Sequence record: PV340856.1
DNA length: 64,000 nucleotides
Direction: 5' to 3' (one strand)
The notes under the pieces were generated by a model, which was not told the DNA's origin, did not search any database, and saw nothing but the letters and a program-made list of their open reading frames with translations. Position numbers and translations under genes: made by a program. Shown in pieces: positions 18,742 to 28,678 of the stretch. Within the stretch, counting starts at the first letter, position 1. Every line of letters begins with the position of its first letter.

Positions 18742-18746
18742 ATTAA

Positions 18747-19400
18747 CTACTGTGGGATTATAAATGAACCTACCATATTACTATGGATGGTGCATATGTA
18801 TTGATAATTTGGTGGGGCATTATGTGGGATTATGAATACTTGAGTTCCCTGTTGAGATCCACTTACATAGGTTCCAACACCAGTTGACGTTCCAGTGAAT
18901 TGAATACGGAATGGATGGGAGCCTCCAGTTGAGTTCTCAAAAATATATGTAAATCCTCTCTGTAAATATAGAGTTGGATTGTCTACTGTGTTTAGGATCC
19001 CAGGTCCAGCAAAGCGATAAGAGCTGGAACCATTTGCAGTAATATAATATTTAATTGCGAAAGAACGATCCGTTCCATTTCCAGTAGTGAGATCGGTTAC
19101 GAAACTTCCAGCGGTACAGATACCAGAAACATCCAGTGTAGTTGCTGTTAGGTTTGCAGGTACTCCTCCACCACCAAGACCAACTCCATAGTTGGTAATA
19201 TTTGTGGTGGAGATGCCTGTAATATTTGTACCATTGCCAGCAAAAGATGTAGCAGTAACTACACCAGTCACGGATGTGTTGGTTGTGATTGCAACCTGAC
19301 CCGTAGCACTCAACCTTAAATCAGCGGTGCCACCAAAAGTTGAAGTGTTTCCTGTTCCAACAATTCCAAATGATTTTACTCCAAAAGATTTAGATCCCAT
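18747..19400 (-). CDS. Short fibre-like protein with C-terminal cupredoxin-like domain
   Basis: Fibre repeat VTGVVTATSFAGNGTNITGI; SHPF...YICTIHSNM. Confidence 0.7.
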   Translation of the reverse strand: MGSKSFGVKSFGIVGTGNTSTFGGTADLRLSATGQVAITTNTSVTGVVTATSFAGNGTNITGISTTNITNYGVGLGGGGVPANLTATTLDVSGICTAGSFVTDLTTGNGTDRSFAIKYYITANGSSSYRFAGPGILNTVDNPTLYLQRGFTYIFENSTGGSHPFRIQFTGTSTGVGTYVSGSQQGTQVFIIPHNAPPNYQYICTIHSNMVGSFIIPQ

Positions 19401-19427
19401 TTTTGGTTACACTCTTTGTACTATTTA

Positions 19428-21644
19428 TTATTCCAACCCGAGGGTTAGTTCTGGGTTTTTTGGTTCTGTAGGAGATCCAGTAGGAGCATCCCAAATAACA
19501 ACTGGTCCATTTTCACCATCGGCCCAGGAAGTTTGTGTTGAATAAACATCTTCCCATGCAAAATCTGTTGCAGATAGACTATCCACATCTAGACCATAAT
19601 AAAATCTAGCTGGATTTGCATTCCCACATTGATTTTTCAACCAGTTTTTGATATCTCTCCAATCCCATTCTCTATTATATTGTAGTTTAGTGGTAATCCA
19701 TCCAGCAGCAGTTGGACATGCAGAACTGGTTCCACTAAAGTCTTCGTCATATGCAACTTTTGTTAATCCAACATAGGTTTCTGGATGTTCATATGGACCT
19801 CCAGAATAATCACTGTCAGCTTCGTTCTGACCTTCTGCACTTAGAGTATCATCTGCTGCTGCATAACAATCAACACCAGTTCCTTTATCGGAATAATTTA
19901 CAATTCTTTCTTTATACTCTGTTACTTGTCCACCATATCCACCAGAACTAATCTGATCATCTAGTGCGCCAACATTGATTGCTGGGAACTCGCAACCAAC
20001 TGTTGATAGTCCTGCCTGAGTTTTTCCAATTGACTGTGGCCAACCTCTGCGGTTGAATGTATTATAACAAGTGAGACTGAATTCAGTATGCGTAGAACTA
20101 GCTAGTGATCCATTTTGAGATGTTGACCAGTAGTTATTGTAATCTGGATCACCAGGGGACATTTGAGTTTGGTTTGAGTTTCCTGCAGCCATGACACAAA
20201 TGACACCAGCTTGTTGCATTTCTGCACCTGCAGTGGTGGTAGAATTATCAACCATTTCTCCTTTCATCCTACCACCGTCACCATAGGCACCCAGTTGATC
20301 AAAAAAGTCTGGTTGAGAAGCAGAACTATATGATGTTCCAGAAGTTTCTCCCGCAGTTCCTACAGGTCTGTACCAGTAGTATGCTGTGGTATTCCAACTG
20401 GTAGATCTATAACCCCAACTATTACTACTTAATGTTGGGTTTTTGCCATCTGTTCTTTGTTGATTTCCGTTATTTGCGGAGTGCCTATCGTAGTTTGGTT
20501 TATACAGATGGAATAGTTTTTGAACATCAAATTGACCTCCAGTGATTCCAGCAGATCCAGCTCCATAAGCATTAAGCACCCATCTATTGCAGTTGTATGC
20601 AACACCATAGTTCTTTCCAAATACTTGTCCAGCACATTCCGTACCATGGTTAGTGCTGTTTTCTGGTTTTGCAGTATTTGATCCGTTGCAATATCCTCTG
20701 GTATAACTTGCACTGATATCAGATACTGTTCCGATGGTAGAGAACCCAACAGATCTATTAGCAGAATTAGACCACCAAGATCTAGCGGCAGATTCTTGTG
20801 GTACTGTTGTTCCATCCCATCTCTGAGTTAATCTACCAGCTGGATCTGCATTAAACCAGTCTGGATCAATATAGTAGGGTCCGTCTAGAACTAAATCTAA
20901 GACTCCACATGTGCCTGGAGTGCTGGAGATTCCACTCCAAGTTAGTGCATTTCCTGTTTGATATCCAACTGGATCTGTTCCTGGACAATGGACGAACTCT
21001 GGGTGACCTAACCAAAATCCCTCATCTGCAACAATTGCATCAACACCAGTACCATCACCAAGTTGATAGATATCTTGACGAAGAATTTGATGATCTGCTC
21101 CTGATCTGGTTCCACCAGCAAATTCGGAACCAGTTGCATCCCAAGGATTATCAAATTGAGTATGTCTTAGGAGTTGATATCCAGTTCTATTGAGGTCAGT
21201 AGATCCTAGACTGGTTCTAGCAGTTGGTGGAGTAGATGGTGCAGTGTTCCATGCTCTATAGTTTGATACTTGTTTTTGGAATCTAGGACTTCTTTTAACA
21301 GAAGTATTAATCATTTCTGGATCAGGTGCAAACGTGCCTGGGTAGGCATCATAGTTTAGGTTTACATAATGCACACGGGGATCATTTCTTAAAGCATCTG
21401 CTTCTGCATCATCTAGGATATAAATTGCTCTTGTCTTACTATGCTCACAAGAATTAACACACCCCACAGAACGAGATGGAATATTATCTTCCAATGTTCC
21501 ATCTTGCATGAGAATATCATGGATATGATCCCAATCTTCTGGTTGATAACACCCAACATAATATTGTTTTTCTCCTGTTCCTTCAGGAACAAAAGCTAGA
21601 TTTGTTCTGTCTAGAATATTTTTGGGCTTATGTGTGTTAATCAT
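19428..21644 (-). CDS. Subtilisin-like serine peptidase (S8) with N-terminal propeptide-like region
   Basis: Catalytic motifs in order: VDAIVADEG (Asp), NHGTECAG (His), AAGNS (oxyanion Asn), FSGTSSACP (Ser). Confidence 0.9.
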   Translation of the reverse strand: MINTHKPKNILDRTNLAFVPEGTGEKQYYVGCYQPEDWDHIHDILMQDGTLEDNIPSRSVGCVNSCEHSKTRAIYILDDAEADALRNDPRVHYVNLNYDAYPGTFAPDPEMINTSVKRSPRFQKQVSNYRAWNTAPSTPPTARTSLGSTDLNRTGYQLLRHTQFDNPWDATGSEFAGGTRSGADHQILRQDIYQLGDGTGVDAIVADEGFWLGHPEFVHCPGTDPVGYQTGNALTWSGISSTPGTCGVLDLVLDGPYYIDPDWFNADPAGRLTQRWDGTTVPQESAARSWWSNSANRSVGFSTIGTVSDISASYTRGYCNGSNTAKPENSTNHGTECAGQVFGKNYGVAYNCNRWVLNAYGAGSAGITGGQFDVQKLFHLYKPNYDRHSANNGNQQRTDGKNPTLSSNSWGYRSTSWNTTAYYWYRPVGTAGETSGTSYSSASQPDFFDQLGAYGDGGRMKGEMVDNSTTTAGAEMQQAGVICVMAAGNSNQTQMSPGDPDYNNYWSTSQNGSLASSTHTEFSLTCYNTFNRRGWPQSIGKTQAGLSTVGCEFPAINVGALDDQISSGGYGGQVTEYKERIVNYSDKGTGVDCYAAADDTLSAEGQNEADSDYSGGPYEHPETYVGLTKVAYDEDFSGTSSACPTAAGWITTKLQYNREWDWRDIKNWLKNQCGNANPARFYYGLDVDSLSATDFAWEDVYSTQTSWADGENGPVVIWDAPTGSPTEPKNPELTLGLE

Positions 21645-21647
21645 TTA

Positions 21648-24464
21648 TCAGATATCTCTCAGTAGATTTTTGGTGAAACGACATGTTGTGGTTCCAGAAA
21701 TACCTTGTTCTGGTGTTATAGAAACTACGATATTTCCTGCGTTGTATGATGCAGATACAGATACAATTTGAACAGGAGAATACATGATTCCATACTCTTG
21801 ATAATATGTAGTTGTGGTTATTCCTGCTCCACCACCATCATGCATAATCATGAATTTCTGCATTTGCCTGTACGTTCCAACTCCAACGGTTAGTGTGTAC
21901 TCACCACTAGAGTAGGTGGAAGCAGACCAAGTATCGATGGTTTGTGGTGTAGCAGCGATTGCAGTAAAGGTTGTGACTCCTGCAGCGATACCAGTAGCAG
22001 TTACCGTAACAACACCTGCAGATACAGGAGTTACTGTAAGTTCTCCATCAAAGTTAATTGTTCCTGCAGTGCCAACTGGAGTTCCAGAATCTTGAATAAT
22101 GACACCAGATCCAGAACCAACAACACCTGTCAGACCAGATCCATCGCCATAGAATCCATTGGCAGTGATGATACCTGTTGTGTTAATACTACCGTCCGTT
22201 CCAATACCACCACTACCACCAGGAAGATTGGTCAATGCAGATCCATCACCAACGAATGCGTTCGCTGTTATGGTCTGACTAGAAGTTACGTTTGCTACAG
22301 TCAGTGTATTTGTGCCAGGATTGAATTGTATACCTCCATTATCAACCATTACTGCACGGTATGCAGAACCAGCTCCACTTTCGCCAAGCATCATAACATT
22401 GTATGAATTATTATCATCAACAGACTCGTCGATGTAAAAATCGCCAGAGAATCCAGCAGCAGTAATAATACCTGTAGTATTGATACTGTCGTTAGGTCCA
22501 ACACCACTTCCACCACTAACACCAGTCAGACCAGATCCATCACCAACGAATGATGTTGCAGTTACAACACCTGTTACATTGATGCCAGATCCAGTTACTT
22601 GGAGTTTTGTTTGTCCAGAATTTTGTAAGATTAATTCACTAGAATTAATGAATAGAGATCCAGCTCCACTTTCATTGATGTAACTTTGATTTCCATCATG
22701 CCAGATCTGGAGATCACTTGCAGCACCAAGTCCTAGTCTAACGTTATCTGCGTTTTGTGTGCCGATTCCAGTAGCAGTTGTCCAGATAGATCCATTGTAT
22801 TTCAGGATATCATTGATCTGTGCTCCAGAGGATATAACATCAGTTAGATCATTCAATGTGGTTGCTCCACCACCGCCACCACCAACTACATCGGTGATTT
22901 CAATGGTTGCAACTCCATTTGAATAGGTTGCAGTAACACCAGAACCAACGAAGTTAATGGTTGCAGCAGTTCCAACAGTGCTTCCTTCTTCTTGGATTGC
23001 GACACCAGATCCTTCTGCGGTGACTCCTGTTAGGTTAGATCCATCACCATAGAATGTACTTGCGGTAATGATGCCAGCAGTGAAATTATCTGTTCCAACA
23101 CCGATACTTCCGTCTATGTTTCTATTAACAAGTTCAGCCCATCCTCCTGCATGAGCATAATATGCCTTTCCAGTGTCATGGGTATGAACAAATGCACCAT
23201 GGTAATCAACAGGACTTGGTAGATTTCTATATTCCGCATAGAGGAATGGTAAGATATTGGTTGTTGCAGTACCTACAATTCTTCCTTTCAGTCTGAAGTT
23301 GCCCAGAACACTAAGAGCTTCTTCTGCATTAGTTGTTCCAATACCTACATTGGATGTTGTGGTAATACCTGTTGGACCAGATCTCCAGATAGAACTGCTT
23401 GATGGTAGGTTAAACAGACCAGAAGCATCACCATAGAATGTGGATGCTGTTAAGATGCCAGTGGTCTGATAATTACCATGAATATCTTCTACAAGTAATC
23501 TTCTCCAACCATTATACCCGCCGTTAGTAGTACCGTAAGAAACGTATGCTTGTTTTGAGTTATTTGCATAAGCAAACATACCTCTCCAAGACACTGCACT
23601 AGGCATGTCAGTGGTAGAGTCAAAGTCAAATCTCATCTTGCTTCCTTGACCTGGGAAGGTAACAATACCTGCGCCAGAGTTGATGTTATCAACTAGGATA
23701 GAAGGGGTCCCAGAGAGGTTCTGTGCGACTGTTGCGATGCCTGCGGTATGTGCATATCCAGCAACTGTTGAGAATCCTGCATTGCCAGTGTATGTTGATA
23801 CACCAGCGATCTTTGCATACTCAGAAACACCCGCATTGGTTGCAACACCCGATGCAGAAGAGTAAGTAACAATTCCTGCAGAAGTTGCGTAAGTTGCGAC
23901 TCCTGCTATTGTAGCATACGAAGAAACTCCCGCAAGAGGGGAATAATCTGTAACAGACGAATATCCTGCAGTTGGTGTGTACGATGACACACCCGATACA
24001 TTTGCATAGGAGACGTAATCCGATGCATCAATTGTAACGCTACCACCAAATACGCTTCCTACGTCTAATCTATCACCAAAGTTTACGGTTTGTGCAACAC
24101 CAAGAGTTGCGCCACTATTTTGAATAACAATTCCTGATCCAGTAGCAGTAACTCCAGTTAGTCCAGATCCATCTCCAATAAAGGTTCCTGTTGTGATACC
24201 TGCAAGTAATACGTTCCCCTCAACATGTAGTTGACTCTGAGGCAAGGTTGTACCAATGCCAACGTACTTACTGGTACTGATGCCATATGTGCTCGCTTTA
24301 CTCCATGTACCCGCAGAACCTGCATTAGAAGATAGCTCTGTACCGTCACCAAATTGAGTATAGATCTCTTCAAAGTTGGCGTTAATCTTTACAGCACCAG
24401 ATGCGAGGGAGTCTCCCAGACCATCATTCGGCGTAAATCCAGTGAAAATCCCCTGTCTAGCCAT
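21648..24464 (-). CDS. Long tail-fibre-like protein with T4 gp9/gp10-type N-terminal attachment motif
   Basis: N-terminus PNDGLGDSLASGAVKINANFEEIY; many GI(I/L)TA..F.GDGS.LTG repeats; A.YA..AG.A. repeats. Confidence 0.85.
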   Translation of the reverse strand: MARQGIFTGFTPNDGLGDSLASGAVKINANFEEIYTQFGDGTELSSNAGSAGTWSKASTYGISTSKYVGIGTTLPQSQLHVEGNVLLAGITTGTFIGDGSGLTGVTATGSGIVIQNSGATLGVAQTVNFGDRLDVGSVFGGSVTIDASDYVSYANVSGVSSYTPTAGYSSVTDYSPLAGVSSYATIAGVATYATSAGIVTYSSASGVATNAGVSEYAKIAGVSTYTGNAGFSTVAGYAHTAGIATVAQNLSGTPSILVDNINSGAGIVTFPGQGSKMRFDFDSTTDMPSAVSWRGMFAYANNSKQAYVSYGTTNGGYNGWRRLLVEDIHGNYQTTGILTASTFYGDASGLFNLPSSSSIWRSGPTGITTTSNVGIGTTNAEEALSVLGNFRLKGRIVGTATTNILPFLYAEYRNLPSPVDYHGAFVHTHDTGKAYYAHAGGWAELVNRNIDGSIGVGTDNFTAGIITASTFYGDGSNLTGVTAEGSGVAIQEEGSTVGTAATINFVGSGVTATYSNGVATIEITDVVGGGGGGATTLNDLTDVISSGAQINDILKYNGSIWTTATGIGTQNADNVRLGLGAASDLQIWHDGNQSYINESGAGSLFINSSELILQNSGQTKLQVTGSGINVTGVVTATSFVGDGSGLTGVSGGSGVGPNDSINTTGIITAAGFSGDFYIDESVDDNNSYNVMMLGESGAGSAYRAVMVDNGGIQFNPGTNTLTVANVTSSQTITANAFVGDGSALTNLPGGSGGIGTDGSINTTGIITANGFYGDGSGLTGVVGSGSGVIIQDSGTPVGTAGTINFDGELTVTPVSAGVVTVTATGIAAGVTTFTAIAATPQTIDTWSASTYSSGEYTLTVGVGTYRQMQKFMIMHDGGGAGITTTTYYQEYGIMYSPVQIVSVSASYNAGNIVVSITPEQGISGTTTCRFTKNLLRDI

Positions 24465-24548
24465 TTATTTCCTTATGATAAGGTCCATTTCTTCTATTTA
24501 TTGATCTAATAAATATCAGTATACGGCAAAATCTTTCCCTTTTATACT

Positions 24549-25283
24549 ATGACTAAAAAAGTCACTAGACATAGAGAAGAATACGAACAACTCAAATCCC
24601 AACTTCGAGAATACTATTGGGATAATTATATCTCTTGGCTGGAAAATTTGCAAGAGGAGGGATATGATGTTAGCAAGTGGGAAACTGAAGAGATTATTGA
24701 TACTTATATTAAGGAAAATAATCTTTGGAAATCTGCGGATACTATCCGAGAATCTATTTTTGAAGCAAAAGAAAAGAAAGATAATTCATATCTAGAAACA
24801 GATATGAAAAAAAGAAAGAAGAATAATGAAAAAGCGATTGCGGACATGAAGAAAGTCAAGGATGACACTGTTCCTCGCTGGATGAGAGAAGATGTGCGTC
24901 GGAGACTTGAGGAAGCTCGCCGTGGTCCTGAAGATCCCAGCAAAGCAGAGAAGCGTGAGAAAGCAGAAAAGAGTTATGCTTCTGTCAAAAAGCGCCAGAA
25001 AGTTCTCGACAAGCATGAGAAGGATACGGGGAAAAAATTAGACATCAATAAGTCTGTCGAAGGTAAAAAGCATAAGATGAATCACCCTGGTTCTCGTCAG
25101 AAACCAAAGGTGAAAGGTGAAAAGGAAACTGAACTGCAACAGCATAACCGCAGAGTCAGTAAGCATAACGATAGACTTATCAAAAAAGGTCCTACCACGA
25201 AAGAGAAAGAGAAACAAGCAGGTTATGATGCTTATGAGAAAAAGACTAAATCAAAATATGGTAACAAATCTGTTTGGGATTGA
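24549..25283 (+). CDS. Lys/Glu-rich modular hypothetical protein (candidate internal head protein)
   Basis: Highly charged; IFEA and LEEA junctions; ataaata element upstream. Confidence 0.7.
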   Translation: MTKKVTRHREEYEQLKSQLREYYWDNYISWLENLQEEGYDVSKWETEEIIDTYIKENNLWKSADTIRESIFEAKEKKDNSYLETDMKKRKKNNEKAIADMKKVKDDTVPRWMREDVRRRLEEARRGPEDPSKAEKREKAEKSYASVKKRQKVLDKHEKDTGKKLDINKSVEGKKHKMNHPGSRQKPKVKGEKETELQQHNRRVSKHNDRLIKKGPTTKEKEKQAGYDAYEKKTKSKYGNKSVWD

Positions 25284-25291
25284 TACTACTG

Positions 25292-25870
25292 ATGAAAAAG
25301 TGTAAGTCTGGATACTATTGGTGTTACACTGATAACAAGTGCAAAAAAATTCCGCTGGGATGGCACGTTGGACGTGGTGGAATTATTGAGAAAGACGAAG
25401 AGGAAAAGAATGGAAATAACAAGGATGGCTCTGGAAATGGGGATGGGGGGTCTGATGGGGGCTCTGATGGCGGAAGCGTCTCAGAAGAAGCAGTCTCTAA
25501 AGCTCAACAAAGATTCTTTGGAATGGTCCGTGCAGTCCAAAAAGGAAGAGCAAACATCGGAGGAGATGTAGCCAAAGCTGCTGCGTCGATGAAGAAGAAA
25601 GATGTGAAAGACTTTGCATCCACCAAACATAAAGATTTGCCAGAGAAGAAGAAAGTGGAAGAGGCGTATGACAATGCCGAAATGGCTAGTCGTCTCAAAA
25701 GATATGCTGATGAGAAGAAGGTTAATTATAAAAAAGACATGCGTATGAAGCATGGAAAGAATTGGAAAGAGTTTTCTAAACAAGCAACGGAAGCTAAGAA
25801 TAAACTGCGCCCTGGTGAAGTTAAGAAGTGGGATAAAGAAAAGAAAAAATGGGTATCGAATAGAGATTGA
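25292..25870 (+). CDS. Modular basic protein (MKKCKSGYYWC...; EEAVSKAQQRFFGMV...KDVKDFASTKHKDLPEKK)
   Basis: Modules joined by a DGGSDGGSDGG linker and EEA junctions; ATG 25292 preferred as start. Confidence 0.7.
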   Translation: MKKCKSGYYWCYTDNKCKKIPLGWHVGRGGIIEKDEEEKNGNNKDGSGNGDGGSDGGSDGGSVSEEAVSKAQQRFFGMVRAVQKGRANIGGDVAKAAASMKKKDVKDFASTKHKDLPEKKKVEEAYDNAEMASRLKRYADEKKVNYKKDMRMKHGKNWKEFSKQATEAKNKLRPGEVKKWDKEKKKWVSNRD

Positions 25871-25895
25871 CAAGGTGTTAAATCGCAGGTAGACT
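25867..25895 (+). promoter_or_regulatory. Sigma70-type (early) promoter
   Basis: TTGACA-17 nt-TAGACT. Confidence 0.65.
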
Positions 25896-25948
25896 AACTC
25901 TGCCAGGGTTCAAAGGACACTATATAACTTAGAGTTTTACTAATTCAT

Positions 25949-26458
25949 TTGAATGGCAACTTTGAGAGAAAAGATGAGAGCGAAGGGGGAACTCCTCCTG
26001 GCTCATGCTCCTATCCTAACCCTTGGACTTACAATGGTAAGTACTTTGAGTCTGATGACATTGGCGACAGCTACGGCTTTGTCTACAGGATTACGAATCT
26101 CAGGAATGGAAAACAATACATCGGCAGGAAGTACTTCTGGCAGCATCGAAAGCCTAGAGGTAAATCTAGGAGAGTTAAAAGTGAGAGCGATTGGAAAAAA
26201 TACTACGGAAGCTCTAACGAACTTAATGATGAACGCAGTGGAATTGGAAATAATTCCTTCAAGAGAGAGATTTTATCAGTCCACTCCACCAAAGGTTTTG
26301 TAAACTACGAAGAGACCCGACAGTTGTTTCTAAATAACGTGCTGACAGAAGCACTTGACAACGGTGAACCCGCCTATTACAATAGTAATGTTCTCAGTCG
26401 TTACTTCAGGAAGGATTACTTCAATGGAACACCTGACCATGGATCAGACTCTACGTGA
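25949..26458 (+). CDS. GIY-YIG family endonuclease
   Basis: YGFVYRITNLRNGKQYIGRK...YYGSS...REIL...EE. Confidence 0.88.
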   Translation: MNGNFERKDESEGGTPPGSCSYPNPWTYNGKYFESDDIGDSYGFVYRITNLRNGKQYIGRKYFWQHRKPRGKSRRVKSESDWKKYYGSSNELNDERSGIGNNSFKREILSVHSTKGFVNYEETRQLFLNNVLTEALDNGEPAYYNSNVLSRYFRKDYFNGTPDHGSDST

Positions 26459-26570
26459 TGTGATTATTGATCGTTTGCATGAGTTGGTTAACGATGGTTG
26501 CCATGAAGATGCCATCGCTTTGTATGAAGAATACAAAGAGTCTTTTGAATGTACTTCTTCTTCTAAATGA
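26424..26570 (+). CDS. Small hypothetical protein
   Basis: ATG 26424 or 26439; acidic helical peptide. Confidence 0.55.
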   Translation: MEHLTMDQTLRDVIIDRLHELVNDGCHEDAIALYEEYKESFECTSSSK

Positions 26571-27151
26571 AAAAAATAATGATTATTTCTGGAATTGTAT
26601 TGATTTCTGCTATCGCACAGTTTTCTGTAGATGCAGATCCACAGAAAGTACAAAAAATTGAAGTAGAACCATATCAACCCGAAGTAGCGCAAAAGTGGAA
26701 GTGCCCCGACTGTACTACTGAAGAACAATATGTCCTTAAACAACTCCAAGAGAAAACAAAAATCAAAGATCGCAATGCACTTGCAACAATCCTGGGAAAC
26801 ATTAAACAGGAGAGCAAGTTTATTTCCAACATATGCGAGGGAGGGGCTCGAGTTTCTTACGACGCTTGCCGTCGTGGGGGTTATGGTCTTATTCAATGGA
26901 CAACCCTAGGACGCTATAATGGTCTTGGTAAGTTCTGTCAGAAGTATTCTTGTGATCCCAGTAGTTTGGAAGGTCAAACTCGCTGGATGATTAACGAACC
27001 TATCTTCCAGAAGTATCTTCCGATGTTTGAGGGCGGTGGACAAACTGTCCGTCAATATATGGTTCCTGCTTATTACTGGTTGGGGTGGGGAATTAAAGGC
27101 AATCGTGAACTTTATGCATATCAGTATACTAAAATGTTAAAATTGGGATAA
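26567..27151 (+). CDS. Lysozyme-like muramidase (phage tail lysozyme fold) with N-terminal signal/anchor; putative endolysin
   Basis: ATILGNIKQES (catalytic Glu), GYGLIQWT, LEGQTRWM. Confidence 0.8.
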   Translation: MKKIMIISGIVLISAIAQFSVDADPQKVQKIEVEPYQPEVAQKWKCPDCTTEEQYVLKQLQEKTKIKDRNALATILGNIKQESKFISNICEGGARVSYDACRRGGYGLIQWTTLGRYNGLGKFCQKYSCDPSSLEGQTRWMINEPIFQKYLPMFEGGGQTVRQYMVPAYYWLGWGIKGNRELYAYQYTKMLKLG

Positions 27152-27238
27152 ATAGTGGGGGTGCTAAGAAAAACCGTAGAACACAAAACAAATTAACCCC
27201 TACATACGTTTAAATTTACAGCACTCTAATTTTTTCTT

Positions 27239-27511
27239 ATGATAAACAAACTACGTAAACCATATGTCGGAGTTCCCGCTCCAAACTATCTCCGACCAGA
27301 TCCTTGGTTTGGTGATCCAATTCTTTCCGAGAAAGCTCAAAAACTGAGAGAAGCAGACGTTCAGAGAGATATCACAGAAATTAGTATGAGACGACAGGCT
27401 ACAAAAGAACCTGATAATATTCACGAAGTCATGTATAATATGGCTACAGATAACGGTAAGACTACCGTTCAACTCAATCCTCCTGGTGGTTCTGAAAACT
27501 TCCAAGGTTGA
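27239..27511 (+). CDS. Hypothetical protein
   Basis: 90-aa ORF. Confidence 0.65.
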   Translation: MINKLRKPYVGVPAPNYLRPDPWFGDPILSEKAQKLREADVQRDITEISMRRQATKEPDNIHEVMYNMATDNGKTTVQLNPPGGSENFQG

Positions 27512-27536
27512 CCTAATCCCATAAGTAGTGTAAACT
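27508..27536 (+). promoter_or_regulatory. Sigma70-type promoter for the tRNA cluster
   Basis: TTGACC-17 nt-TAAACT, 9 nt before tRNA-Arg. Confidence 0.65.
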
Positions 27537-27544
27537 ACTTTTAT

Positions 27545-27618
<74 letters not shown>

Positions 27619-27622
27619 CTTC

Positions 27623-27704
27623 GTCGATGTGGCGGAATTGGTATACGCGCTGGGTTTAGGTTCCAGTGAGGCAACTCATGAAGGTTCAAGTCCTTTCATC
27701 GACA
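27623..27704 (+). tRNA. tRNA-Leu(TAG)
   Basis: Acceptor GTCGATG/CATCGAC; anticodon arm CTGGG-TTTAGGT-TCCAG; long variable arm TGAG-GCAA-CTCA. Confidence 0.95.
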
Positions 27705-27706
27705 CT

Positions 27707-28312
27707 ATGGATTTTAAAATTAGACAATATTGTAACGATCCCTTTAATACTTGTAGGTTATATGACCCTGCAATATTTGAATGTCCTTACGCAGAAGATA
27801 TTAATCCAGGCCTCATGGAGTGGATTAAGTCCAATGTAATTCCACAACCTTCAAATAATGCATTAACAACTCCTTTTAAACCTACTAAAATAGGATTACC
27901 GATTAAAGAGTTGAAAGTTTTGTTTGATTGGATTAATTCTGTATCGGTTGAGTCTTCTGAAATGCTTGCTAGGGGTACAGGAACAGCATATCATTCTGCT
28001 CCTCCAGAATTTAAAAATTTTGAAGTTGCAGATTATTGGGGAATGTGGTATAATGAAGGAGACTTTGCAGAAGAACATAATCATTTTCCATACTCAATGT
28101 CTTTTGCATACTATGTAAACTGCCCAGAAGGAAGTTCTCCTCTAGTATTAGAAGGCAATGAAATTCAGGTTACTGAAGGTAGATTGATTATGTTTGCTGG
28201 TCACCAAAACCACAAGGTAGATCCTTGTCCAGTAAATAATAGATTTATGATTGCTGGTAACATTGCGTATCTTGGTTTTGTAGACGATAATGCGGGTGTA
28301 GTTCAGCGGTAG
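27707..28312 (+). CDS. 2OG-Fe(II) oxygenase superfamily protein
   Basis: WGMWYNEGDFAEEHNH...FAYYVN...LIMFAGHQNHKV...RFMIAGN; ATG 27707 follows tRNA-Leu. Confidence 0.85.
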   Translation: MDFKIRQYCNDPFNTCRLYDPAIFECPYAEDINPGLMEWIKSNVIPQPSNNALTTPFKPTKIGLPIKELKVLFDWINSVSVESSEMLARGTGTAYHSAPPEFKNFEVADYWGMWYNEGDFAEEHNHFPYSMSFAYYVNCPEGSSPLVLEGNEIQVTEGRLIMFAGHQNHKVDPCPVNNRFMIAGNIAYLGFVDDNAGVVQR

Positions 28313-28363
28313 AACGCTATCCTTCCAAGTTAGATGTCGTCGGTTCGATTCCGATCACCCGCT
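28292..28363 (+). tRNA. tRNA-Gly(TCC)
   Basis: Acceptor GCGGGTG/CACCCGC; anticodon loop CTTCCAA; T-loop TTCGATT. Confidence 0.95.
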
Positions 28364-28393
28364 TGTTAAATAGTAATGTGTGTGCAATGACAC

Positions 28394-28678
28394 ATGAATA
28401 CCAAGTTACGAGTCCAACAATCATATGTCTGGTATGAAACTCCCAATCATACCATGATCGTTAAAATGTATTTTTTGAATTATATACCTTTTACATTTGA
28501 TGAGATTCCAGCTGTTGCAATGGATGATCCAGAAGTAATTATGGAAGCAAATAAAAATCAAGTAATCACAACAGAACAATTGTATAAATCTGCTTCTTAT
28601 CTTTCTGAAGAACTTGCAATGCCTTTAATTTATGAAATGGATTTAGAAAACCCACAAGATCTTCCAGATGCATTATGA
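28394..28678 (+). CDS. Hypothetical protein
   Basis: 94-aa ORF; ATGA overlap with the next gene. Confidence 0.7.
   Translation: MNTKLRVQQSYVWYETPNHTMIVKMYFLNYIPFTFDEIPAVAMDDPEVIMEANKNQVITTEQLYKSASYLSEELAMPLIYEMDLENPQDLPDAL

Noticed and set aside
27629-27706. Provided GTG start of the 227-aa ORF
   Set aside because: It lies inside tRNA-Leu; ATG 27707 just after the tRNA is the plausible start.
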